Positions 1 through 8,621 of a DNA stretch of 64,000 nucleotides are shown here, one piece after another. The notes under the pieces are model-generated. The model searched no databases. It saw nothing but the letters and a program-made list of their open reading frames with translations, and was not told where the DNA came from. Source of the stretch: a bacterium (lineage in GTDB: Bacteria > Cyanobacteriota > Vampirovibrionia > Gastranaerophilales > JBAXKC01); NCBI GenBank assembly GCA_037137535.1, contig JBAXKC010000009.1, positions 26,871 to 90,870 on the forward strand, in the 5' to 3' direction. Each line of letters opens with the position of its first letter. Within the stretch, counting starts at the first letter, position 1. Made by a program: the position numbers and the translations under genes.

Positions 1-4
1 TTCA

Positions 5-64
5 AAAAAATAACCATAAAAAATGACCTTAAATTAATAAGGTCATTTTTTATGGTTATTTTTT
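5..64. terminator. Long perfect inverted repeat; likely terminator of the def-fmt-peptidase operon
   Basis: 27-bp arms (5-31 and 38-64) around a 6-nt loop, A/T tracts at both ends, about 10 nt past the stop at 75. Confidence 0.7.
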
Positions 65-74
65 ATAAGAGAAT

Positions 75-797
75 CTAGTCGTCTCTGCCTCGCCCGAAAA
101 GAATCCATGCCCAGTAAAGTAGCTCTATTAATGAATAAAGAGCTGTTGCAACATAAGTAAGAGCCGCAGCATTTAACACTTTTCTTGCTCCAACAACCTC
201 TTCACTCTGAATAAATCCACCGTTAGATAACGCTAGAATAGCTCTATTACTGGCATTAAACTCAACAGGAAGAGTAACAACGTGAAATAAAACAGAACCT
301 CCATAAAGTAAAACACCTATAAAAGCTATTAAATTATAGAATTCAGGGCTTACAGAGTGAAGAAACCCTCTTAGAAGAAGGCTTCCCATTATCAACATAG
401 GAGCTAAAGACTGTGTCATATTAACTAATGGAACAATTCCAGCTCTTAACTTCATTGGCTGATAACCGACATGATCTTGAATAACATGCCCGATCTCGTG
501 AGCTGCAACACTTACAGATGAAACAGAAGTCCCATAGTAGTTTTCTCTTGAAAGCCTGACTGTTTTACTATTTGGATCATAATGATCGGATAATTCACCA
601 TCGATAGCTTCTATAGAGATACCTTTAATATTTGAATTAGAAAGTATAGCTTCGGCAACTTCTTTGCCAGTCATATTATTTCTTGTATTAACTTTTAAAA
701 ACTTGCCGTAAGTATTTTTAACAATAGTCTGAGGAATAAAACTTATTGCCATACCAATAAGTCCAATTACCATATATGCAGGATCGAAAAAAAACAT
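75..797 (-). CDS. Membrane zinc metallopeptidase, YugP-like
   Basis: HEIGH (HExxH), GELSDHYDP, TLPVEFNASNRA and AAALTYVA motifs; TM segments; AGGAGG RBS. Confidence 0.85.
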   Translation of the reverse strand: MFFFDPAYMVIGLIGMAISFIPQTIVKNTYGKFLKVNTRNNMTGKEVAEAILSNSNIKGISIEAIDGELSDHYDPNSKTVRLSRENYYGTSVSSVSVAAHEIGHVIQDHVGYQPMKLRAGIVPLVNMTQSLAPMLIMGSLLLRGFLHSVSPEFYNLIAFIGVLLYGGSVLFHVVTLPVEFNASNRAILALSNGGFIQSEEVVGARKVLNAAALTYVATALYSLIELLYWAWILFGRGRDD

Positions 798-808
798 TTA
801 CAAACCTC

Positions 809-1747
809 CTAATTGAATTTATCACCAACTTGCAATCTTGCTCCATTCGCCCAACTTGAAGCATCCATTGCCTTTTTACCTTGTGGCTGTAATTGTTGTA
901 TAAGAATATCACCTTCTAATGCTGAAACAACTACTCCATTATTAATTATAGCTTTGATTAATCCAACTTCTGAATTATTAATGTTTTCTTCATAAATTTC
1001 TGATTTTATAATTTTTATAATATTTTCTTTATATTCACAATAAGTAGAAGGCCAAGGCTGCATTCCTCTGATTTTATTATGAATGGCTCTTACACTCATT
1101 GCCCAATCGATTTTACCATCTTCTTTTTTAAGTTTAGGCGCATGCGTTGATTCATCATTATTCTGTTTTATAGGAGTTATTTCACCTTTATTTAGACCCG
1201 TAACAGTCTTATAGAGAAGATCAGGACCTAATTCAGCGATCTTATAATACAACTCTTCGCTTGTCATTTCATCGGTTATGATTATATCTTCTTTTAACAA
1301 AATATCACCTGTATCAACACCGATATCAGTAAGCATAGTCGTTACACCCGTTATTTTATCGCCATTAATAATAGGCCATTGAATAGGGTTAGCTCCTCTA
1401 TATTTTGGCAAGAGCGAAGCATGTAAATTAATAGTTCCTAATCTCGGTATATCAAGGACTTCTTGACTTAAAATCTGACCAAATGCAACTGTTATGAAAA
1501 TATCAGGCTTTAATTCTCTTAAAATATCTAATAAGTCAGAGTCTTTTCTTATCAACTTAGGCTGATAAACAGTTATACAATTTTCTTCAGCGACTATTTT
1601 CACAGGTGATTTAGTCAATTTCTGACCTCTGCCTGACGGTTTGTCGGGTTGAGTTATGACTGCAACAACGTCTATATCTTCTTTTTCAATCAAACACTTC
1701 AACGATGGAACTGCAATTTCAGGAGTTCCAAAAAATACAAGTTTCAT
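809..1747 (-). CDS. fmt: Methionyl-tRNA formyltransferase
   Basis: FFGTPE, TQPDKPSGRG, NLHASLLPKYRGANPI; follows def. Confidence 0.97.
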   Translation of the reverse strand: MKLVFFGTPEIAVPSLKCLIEKEDIDVVAVITQPDKPSGRGQKLTKSPVKIVAEENCITVYQPKLIRKDSDLLDILRELKPDIFITVAFGQILSQEVLDIPRLGTINLHASLLPKYRGANPIQWPIINGDKITGVTTMLTDIGVDTGDILLKEDIIITDEMTSEELYYKIAELGPDLLYKTVTGLNKGEITPIKQNNDESTHAPKLKKEDGKIDWAMSVRAIHNKIRGMQPWPSTYCEYKENIIKIIKSEIYEENINNSEVGLIKAIINNGVVVSALEGDILIQQLQPQGKKAMDASSWANGARLQVGDKFN

Positions 1748-1764
1748 TTCAAATCTCCTGCAAA

Positions 1765-2364
1765 CTACTCGACGATAACTGTTTTTTCTTTTTCTTCAAC
1801 TTCTTTAGCTTGAATTTCTGCCTCTAAATCTGATTCATCTAATAATTTTTCAGGGTCTAAAGCAGGAAGACCAAACTCTGCAAGTTTTTGCTCAGTATCA
1901 AATCTATTTCTTGAATGGTCAATAAAAACAATGCCGTCCAAATGATCTGTTTCATGCTGTAAAGCTCTGGCTAATAAACTTCCGCCTTTAGCCTCCATTG
2001 TAAAAATACGGCCTTTTTCATCTTTAGCTCTTATAATAATGTCCGTATATCTTCTTACGTCAATGTAAACATTTGGAAAACTTAAACAGCCTTCATTGCT
2101 ATTAATAGCACCGGATTTTTTTACAATTTTAGGGTTAATAAATACAACAAGGTTTGGTGGTTCTTTGCCACTTGCCGTATCAATTACAAATATTCTGTAA
2201 TTTTCTCCGACTTGAGGAGCAGCAAGTCCTACACCATCTTTAGCATACATAGTATCAATTAAATCTTTTATTAATTTCTGAATTCTAGAAGTTACTTTTG
2301 TAACCTCTTTAGATGGTGTTCTTAATCTTTCATCACCATATTTTATAATTTCCAAAACAGCCAT
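1765..2364 (-). CDS. def: Peptide deformylase
   Basis: GVGLAAPQVG, EGCLS, QHETDHLDG. Confidence 0.97.
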   Translation of the reverse strand: MAVLEIIKYGDERLRTPSKEVTKVTSRIQKLIKDLIDTMYAKDGVGLAAPQVGENYRIFVIDTASGKEPPNLVVFINPKIVKKSGAINSNEGCLSFPNVYIDVRRYTDIIIRAKDEKGRIFTMEAKGGSLLARALQHETDHLDGIVFIDHSRNRFDTEQKLAEFGLPALDPEKLLDESDLEAEIQAKEVEEKEKTVIVE

Positions 2365-2558
2365 AAATTAAAATCTCATAAATTGCCATAAACCTTACTG
2401 ATATTTTAACATAAAATAGTAATCCAACTTGTTTTAAGCCTATTTGATAATTAAACCGATTTATCTTACGACTTTTTATTTTAATAATTTAGATATATTA
2501 TAAAAAAGCATAAATTTATATTTTTAATATAAAAAACGGTTTAGGAGAAAAACTCAAC

Positions 2559-3335
2559 ATGGATTTTAATTTTAATTTAATAGGCTGCGCTTCTTGGACA
2601 CTAGAAATTGATAATACTATTAAAATAGGTTGTGATCCGGGATTAGCACCTAAAGGAACAAGCTACATCTATAAAGGTCTTAAAACATCAAGAGTAGAAG
2701 CTCCTGTGTACGATGAAACCACCTTTGAAAATATAAAATTATGGCTATTAACTCACGACCATTTTGATCATTTAGACGAACTTGGATTAAGCAAAATAGA
2801 AAATGGTGCACAGGTTATCAGCAGAAAAAATTGCACAAAATTATTAAAAAAACGCAATGATTTAGATGTAACTTATCTCGAGTGGAATGAAGCGAAAACT
2901 ATTGAAATAAATGACTACAACATTAAAGTTAAGGCAATTCCCGCTGTTCATGGAATGAATTTCATTGCAAAATTATTAATGGGCGATGTAAACGGATATT
3001 TAGTTACAATCACTAATAAAGAAGAAACTAAAACAATTTATGTAACTTCTGATACTGTTTTCAGAAATGATATTATAGAAACTATTAATAATCGTAAAAT
3101 TGATGTTTTAATTGCAAATATGGGACAAGCAAAATCAAAAATGTTTGGCGGACCATTCACAATGAATACAGAAATGCTCCATAAATTCAAGGAAGAATTA
3201 AAACCTACAATGACATTACCTATTCATACAGAAGATTTTGCTCACTTTGAAACATCAAGAGCAGAACTTAAAAAGTCCGAACAAGACGACATGAAAATAT
3301 TAGAAAACGGTGAAACAATTAAATTTAAAGCTTGA
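2559..3335 (+). CDS. MBL-fold metallo-hydrolase (UlaG/RomA-like)
   Basis: THDHFDH (HxHxDH), PAVHG, TSDT, LPIH motifs; AGGAG RBS. Confidence 0.8.
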   Translation: MDFNFNLIGCASWTLEIDNTIKIGCDPGLAPKGTSYIYKGLKTSRVEAPVYDETTFENIKLWLLTHDHFDHLDELGLSKIENGAQVISRKNCTKLLKKRNDLDVTYLEWNEAKTIEINDYNIKVKAIPAVHGMNFIAKLLMGDVNGYLVTITNKEETKTIYVTSDTVFRNDIIETINNRKIDVLIANMGQAKSKMFGGPFTMNTEMLHKFKEELKPTMTLPIHTEDFAHFETSRAELKKSEQDDMKILENGETIKFKA

Positions 3336-3341
3336 GATATT

Positions 3342-4790
3342 ATGATAAAAATAAATTCTGAAACAATTAAAAAAACTGTTTATGACCTTTGCTTTCAAGC
3401 AAATATCTATACATCAAAAGATGTTTATAATGCTTTGTTAAATGCTTATAAAACTGAAACTTCAGAAAAAGCTAAAAATGTAATAGGCGAAATCCTGCAA
3501 AACATCCAATTATCAGCTATTTCACAAAGACCTTTATGTCAAGATACAGGTTTTGTGACTGTCTTTGTCGAAATTGGAAATAATATTTTTATAGAAGGAC
3601 AAAGTATAACAGATGCAATTAATGACGCTGTATCACAATGTTATACAGAAAATTTTTTCCGCAAGTCAATGGTATCAAATCCAATTTTTGAAAGAAAAAA
3701 CACCAACGACAACACTCCTGCAATTATTCATACAGAAATCGTTACAGGAAATGAAATCAATATAAAAGTTGCAATTAAAGGCTGTGGCAGCGAAAACATG
3801 AGCCAAATCAAAATGTTAAAACCATCTGACGGAATAGAAGGAATTATTGATTTTGCAGTTAATACAGTAAAAGAAGCCGGCTCAAGACCTTGCCCCCCAA
3901 TAAGATTAGGGCTTGGAATAGGCGGGACATTTGATAAATCAGCAGTTTTAGCAAAAAAATCGTTATCTTTACCTGTTCAAACAGAAGAAGACCTAAAAAA
4001 CAATAATGACGATATTTCTAAACTAGAACTGGGAATAATGCAAAAATGCAACGAGCTTAAAATAGGCGCAGCAGGATTAGGCGGTAATAATACTGTTTTT
4101 GGAGTAAATATACTAACTCACCCTACTCATATTGCGGCAATGCCTGTTGCAATAAACATAAACTGCCATTCTTCAAGGCATTCAGAGGCAACTATTTCCG
4201 AAAACGGTGTTAAATATCACACCGATGAACTTCAAACAGAATTTGAGAATATTGAAATAAATAACAACTATGAAAAAAGAATAAATACCGATGAAATAGA
4301 AAAAATCAGAAATTTATCAGCAGGAGAAAGCGTATTATTGAGCGGTAAAATAATAACTGCAAGGGATGCAGCGCATAAAAAAATTGTCGAAATAATACAA
4401 GCAGGAAAAAACTTACCCTTTGAGCTGAAAGACAAAATTATTTATTACGTCGGACCTTGCCCCGCTAAAGATAATGAAATAATAGGTCCATGCGGACCGA
4501 CAACCTCATCACGAATGGACAAATATATGCCTGTTATACTAAAAAACGGAATGTTAGCCTGTATTGGCAAAGGTTCAAGAGATAATCAGGTAAAAGAAGA
4601 ATTAAAACAATACAAAGGTCTTTATTTTATTACTACAGGCGGAGTTGCAAATCTTTTAAAAGAAAAAGTCAAAGCCTCAAAAATAATAGCCTTTGAAGAA
4701 CTAGGCCCTGAAGCCGTTTATGAACTTGAAATAAAAGACTTTCCAATAACTGTTGCAATAGATGCTGATGGTAATAATTTCATCAGATAA
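3342..4790 (+). CDS. Class I Fe-S fumarate hydratase (alpha and beta domains in one chain)
   Basis: PLCQDTG, KGCGSEN, PCPP, NCHSSRH, TARDAAH, GPTTSSRM. Confidence 0.88.
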   Translation: MIKINSETIKKTVYDLCFQANIYTSKDVYNALLNAYKTETSEKAKNVIGEILQNIQLSAISQRPLCQDTGFVTVFVEIGNNIFIEGQSITDAINDAVSQCYTENFFRKSMVSNPIFERKNTNDNTPAIIHTEIVTGNEINIKVAIKGCGSENMSQIKMLKPSDGIEGIIDFAVNTVKEAGSRPCPPIRLGLGIGGTFDKSAVLAKKSLSLPVQTEEDLKNNNDDISKLELGIMQKCNELKIGAAGLGGNNTVFGVNILTHPTHIAAMPVAININCHSSRHSEATISENGVKYHTDELQTEFENIEINNNYEKRINTDEIEKIRNLSAGESVLLSGKIITARDAAHKKIVEIIQAGKNLPFELKDKIIYYVGPCPAKDNEIIGPCGPTTSSRMDKYMPVILKNGMLACIGKGSRDNQVKEELKQYKGLYFITTGGVANLLKEKVKASKIIAFEELGPEAVYELEIKDFPITVAIDADGNNFIR

Positions 4791-4799
4791 AAAAACGCA

Positions 4800-4876
4800 A
4801 AATAAAAGCCACCTTTTAGGGCGGCTACCAGACTTTGGGGAGGAGGTTGGGGTATGACCATTTGTTTGGTCTATAC
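4800..4876 (-). ncRNA. Candidate sigma-28-dependent small RNA with anti-Shine-Dalgarno tract
   Basis: GC-rich intergenic stretch: 5' hairpin (4852-4876), CCCCAACCUCCUCCCC (4852-4837), terminator AGCCGCC-loop-GGUGGCU-UUUAUUUU (4826-4800); consensus sigma-28 promoter directly upstream; ends approximate. Confidence 0.65.
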
Positions 4877-4881
4877 ATTAT

Positions 4882-4908
4882 TTATCGGCAGCTTTCTGAA
4901 AAACTTTA
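4882..4908 (-). promoter_or_regulatory. Sigma-28 (FliA/SigD)-type promoter
   Basis: Minus strand TAAAGTTTTTCAGAAAGCTGCCGATAA = TAAA-N15-GCCGATAA, including the extended TAAAGTTT -35. Confidence 0.8.
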
Positions 4909-4941
4909 ATACTTTATTTAGATGATTTAACAAAACTTAAT

Positions 4942-6354
4942 TTATTTTAAAAAATTCTGCTTATGATTTAACTTAATATCATTAATTTGTTTTATAAAAT
5001 TTTCATATTGTGCATTCAATTTATTTTTAAAATTGTATTTTTCAATATCCTCAAAAAGTCTTATAAAGTATAAATCTTTATTCAATATTTTTTCTAAAGT
5101 ATCAATAACTTCCTCATATGATTCATTTTCTAAAAATATATTTATTAAATTGCACAACAAAAAATAACTTTGAGAATTATCAGAAAGGATTAAACTCATT
5201 TCTAAAATTTTCTTATAATCGTTTTTGTCTTTATTTTTCAAATAGGCTAATTCTAATAGAGCCAGTACATATAAATCATTAGAATCAATCTCAATAGTTT
5301 TCAAGAAATACTTTATTGCTGTTGAATATTTTTCTAAATAAAAATAAGTACAAGCTAGATTGAAATTGCTATCATAATTTAAAGGTTCAAGCTCATAGGC
5401 TTTTAGATAATATTCTATGGATTTATCATTATCTATATTTAGATATGAAAGTCCCAGATTACAATTAACATCGAAATTATCTGAATTAATAAAATTAGCC
5501 TTTTCATAATACTCTATAGCTTTATCATATTCTTCTTTTTTATGATAAATAAGACCAAGATTAAAATTAACATCAAAATCATTCTGATTAAAATTTAAGG
5601 CTTTTTTAAAATATGGAATTGCTAAATCATACAAGGTTTTATTATAATGAATAATGCCTAAATTATAATAAGGAGTAGCACAATCAGGATCAATAGCAAT
5701 TGCTTTTTCACAACTATTAATTGCTAAATCATATAATTCATTTTCAATGCAAATTGCACTTATGTCTAAAAAACGAGCAAGATTATTAGAATCTATACTA
5801 GCAGCTTGATTATATGAATCAAGAGCAAGATTGTATTCTTTTTTCTTAGAGTAAATACGAGCAATAACATCTAAAATTTTATAGTTATTGGGTGCCAATT
5901 TTAAAAGCTCTTTATATGCGTCAATAGCTAAATCATATTCTTTTTGGCACAAATATGCATATCCTAGATTATTATGAGCCACAACTTCATTTGGAGTTAA
6001 TTTAATTGCTTTAATACAATTTTGAATAGCCAAATCGTATTCTTTATGGAACAAATAGGCATATCCCAAATTAGCATAAAAAGATTTATAATTGGAATTT
6101 AACTTTGAAATTTTACTAATAACTATATTATTAACATCAAATTCAATAGCTTTTTCATAATTTTTAATAGCTAAATCATATTCTTTCAAATAAAAATATA
6201 GATCACCCAAAAAAATATATCCTGAAATTTCATTAGGTTTTAAAGTTATAACTTTTTTAAAATTATGAATGGCTAATCTATATTCTTTTTTTTCAAAAAA
6301 TGAACCACCTTGTTCTAAATAATACTTATAATCTTTTTCTTCTGAATTAGTCAT
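4942..6354 (-). CDS. Tetratricopeptide repeat protein
   Basis: About ten 34-aa repeats (NLGYAY...EYDLAI..Y.KAI); start moved to ATG 6354 behind GAGGTG RBS. Confidence 0.85.
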   Translation of the reverse strand: MTNSEEKDYKYYLEQGGSFFEKKEYRLAIHNFKKVITLKPNEISGYIFLGDLYFYLKEYDLAIKNYEKAIEFDVNNIVISKISKLNSNYKSFYANLGYAYLFHKEYDLAIQNCIKAIKLTPNEVVAHNNLGYAYLCQKEYDLAIDAYKELLKLAPNNYKILDVIARIYSKKKEYNLALDSYNQAASIDSNNLARFLDISAICIENELYDLAINSCEKAIAIDPDCATPYYNLGIIHYNKTLYDLAIPYFKKALNFNQNDFDVNFNLGLIYHKKEEYDKAIEYYEKANFINSDNFDVNCNLGLSYLNIDNDKSIEYYLKAYELEPLNYDSNFNLACTYFYLEKYSTAIKYFLKTIEIDSNDLYVLALLELAYLKNKDKNDYKKILEMSLILSDNSQSYFLLCNLINIFLENESYEEVIDTLEKILNKDLYFIRLFEDIEKYNFKNKLNAQYENFIKQINDIKLNHKQNFLK

Positions 6355-6778
6355 TTCACCTCTTTTAGTAAAATTTAGTCTACTGTAAAAAAACACTTAT
6401 AAAATAATTACTTAATTTTAATTATAATAATAGCTTTGTCATAATCATAAAATTCAATGACCAAATCGTCAAACAAAAAACTACTCTATATTAAAAGGGA
6501 TATTAATCTAAAGAGCAATTGTAACATTATTTTAATTTAGTTATTATTTTTGGTTTTGAATAAAATTCCTCAAAAAAACTGTATTTTTACTCTATGCAGA
6601 TAAATTCCTCTAACATTAATGACATTTTCTTAATTTATTAGCAGTTATTAAGCAAAATTAAACAATAAAATGTTCCATTTCGGATTTTCGAAAAAAATCA
6701 AATGCTTGACCAAAACTTTTTTAAGTATGAAAATCATTATATGAAGTAAGAATCATGTTATTTTTAGGAGGTAGACAA

Positions 6779-8137
6779 ATGTCCCGTTTCGTTCCAACTC
6801 CAGGAAAAGAGCTAACAAACGACGAAATCAAAGCTATTATTAAAGAAGAAAATGTCCAATTTATTAGAGTACAGTTCGTTGATGTACTTGGACAAGTTAA
6901 AAATATGGCTCTCCCTGCTACACAAATTGATAGAATTTTAAACAATGAAGTAATGTTTGACGGATCTTCTGTTAAAGGTTTCAGAAGCATCGAAACATCA
7001 GATATGTTCTTTTATCCAGATAAAAGCACTTTTACAATTCTGCCTTGGAGAACAAAAACAGGCGGAACTGTTGCTCGTTTAATCTGCGATACCTATAATC
7101 CGGATGGAACTCCATTTGAAGGTTGCCCTAGAAATAACTTAAAAAGAGTTATGGCAGAAGCAAAAGCTCTTGGATATACAATGAACGTTGGTCCTGAAGC
7201 CGAATTCTTCCTTTTCAAAAAAGATGAGAATGGTTGCCCAACCACAATAACACACGATACAGCAGGCTACTATGACCTTGGTCCTGACGATCTTGGAGAA
7301 GATGTAAGAGCTGAAATCGTTAACACTTTACATGAAATGGGCTTTGAAGTTGAAGCAAGCCACCACGAAGTTGCTAAAGGTCAGCACGAAGTTGATTTCA
7401 AATATGCGGATGCATTAACAACAGCGGATAACGTTGTAACCTTCAGAGTTGTTGTAAGAGCTATTGCTGCAAAACATGGCTTACACGCAACATTTATGCC
7501 GAAACCTATTTTTGGTATCAACGGTTCAGGTATGCACGTTAACTTCTCACTTTCAAAAGATGGTAAAAACGCATTCTTAGATGAATCAAAACCTTACCAA
7601 CTTAGTCAAGATGCTATGTACTCAATCGGTGGCGTATTAAAGAACGTTAAAAACATTACAGCTATCTGTAATCCGACCGTAAACAGCTACAAGCGTTTAG
7701 TTCCTGGTTATGAAGCTCCTGTAAACTTAGCTTGGTCAAATTCAAACAGAAGTGCTCTTTTAAGAGTACCTGCAAAAAGAGGTCAAGGAACAAGAGTTGA
7801 ATTAAGATCACCAGATCCTTCATGCAACCCATACCTTGCTTTTGCTGCAATCTTAACAGCTGCATTAGACGGTATTAAAAATAAAATCGATGCTCCTGCT
7901 TCTGTTGACGTGAATATTTACCACTTAACAGACAAAGAGAGAAAGAAACAAAAAATTGATTCACTTCCAGGAAGTTTAGCTGAAGCTGTAGACTACATGG
8001 AAAAATCACCTGTTGCTAAAGAAGCTCTTGGTGAGCATATTTACAACGAATTCATCAATGCAAAAAGAATTGAGTGGGATGAATACAGAACAAAAGTAAG
8101 CCCATGGGAAGTTGAAAAATATTTAGAAACATACTAA
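6779..8137 (+). CDS. glnA: Glutamine synthetase type I (GSI-alpha-like)
   Basis: FDGSS, EASHHEVAKGQHE, ATFMPKP, NGSGMH, NSYKRLVPGYEAP, ELRSPD; ATG 6779 behind AGGAGG. Confidence 0.97.
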   Translation: MSRFVPTPGKELTNDEIKAIIKEENVQFIRVQFVDVLGQVKNMALPATQIDRILNNEVMFDGSSVKGFRSIETSDMFFYPDKSTFTILPWRTKTGGTVARLICDTYNPDGTPFEGCPRNNLKRVMAEAKALGYTMNVGPEAEFFLFKKDENGCPTTITHDTAGYYDLGPDDLGEDVRAEIVNTLHEMGFEVEASHHEVAKGQHEVDFKYADALTTADNVVTFRVVVRAIAAKHGLHATFMPKPIFGINGSGMHVNFSLSKDGKNAFLDESKPYQLSQDAMYSIGGVLKNVKNITAICNPTVNSYKRLVPGYEAPVNLAWSNSNRSALLRVPAKRGQGTRVELRSPDPSCNPYLAFAAILTAALDGIKNKIDAPASVDVNIYHLTDKERKKQKIDSLPGSLAEAVDYMEKSPVAKEALGEHIYNEFINAKRIEWDEYRTKVSPWEVEKYLETY

Positions 8138-8159
8138 ATATAAATTAACTGAAAACTTT

Positions 8160-8185
8160 AAAAGCCTCCTGTAAAGGGGGCTTTT
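8160..8185 (+). terminator. Intrinsic terminator after glnA
   Basis: AAAAGCCTCCT-GTAA-AGGGGGCTTTT. Confidence 0.75.
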
Positions 8186-8287
8186 AGCTAAATAATAAGC
8201 GAAACCTCTATTCAATTTTCATTTATCAATTTTTTTCATTTATGGTTTTATAGTATATAGGTGAAATATTTATTTTTTGAGGTCATC

Positions 8288-8605
8288 ATGCAAATTAACA
8301 ATTTTAATACCTTAAAACCTTTTCACAAAAATAATACACCGATAAATAACCGAATTAAAACTAACTTTTCTGGAACAAGCACAATCAACAATGAAAACAA
8401 ATTAAAAGATATTAACGTTATTTGTGCAATGGGTACTCATGCAATATTTGCTTTTATGGCTGCTGTCGGAGCACAAATCTTAAGCAATCAACGCAAAGGA
8501 ATACCAGAAAATAAAGGGTGTCTTCCTTGGGCTATTATAATGATGATAATATCATTAAGTGCTGATTTTACTATTTTAAATAGTAAAAAAAATGATACTA
8601 AATAA
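8288..8605 (+). CDS. Hypothetical small membrane protein
   Basis: ATG 8288 behind GAGGT; Asn-rich N-terminus, two hydrophobic C-terminal segments. Confidence 0.55.
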   Translation: MQINNFNTLKPFHKNNTPINNRIKTNFSGTSTINNENKLKDINVICAMGTHAIFAFMAAVGAQILSNQRKGIPENKGCLPWAIIMMIISLSADFTILNSKKNDTK

Positions 8606-8621
8606 ACTAAAAAAATGAGGG

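Noticed and set aside
3342-4790. Fused alpha/beta fumarase as a novelty
   Set aside because: Single-chain class I fumarases are common
6397-6778. NtcA/GlnR/NrpR site or glutamine riboswitch upstream of glnA
   Set aside because: No convincing consensus match or structured GC-rich element seen
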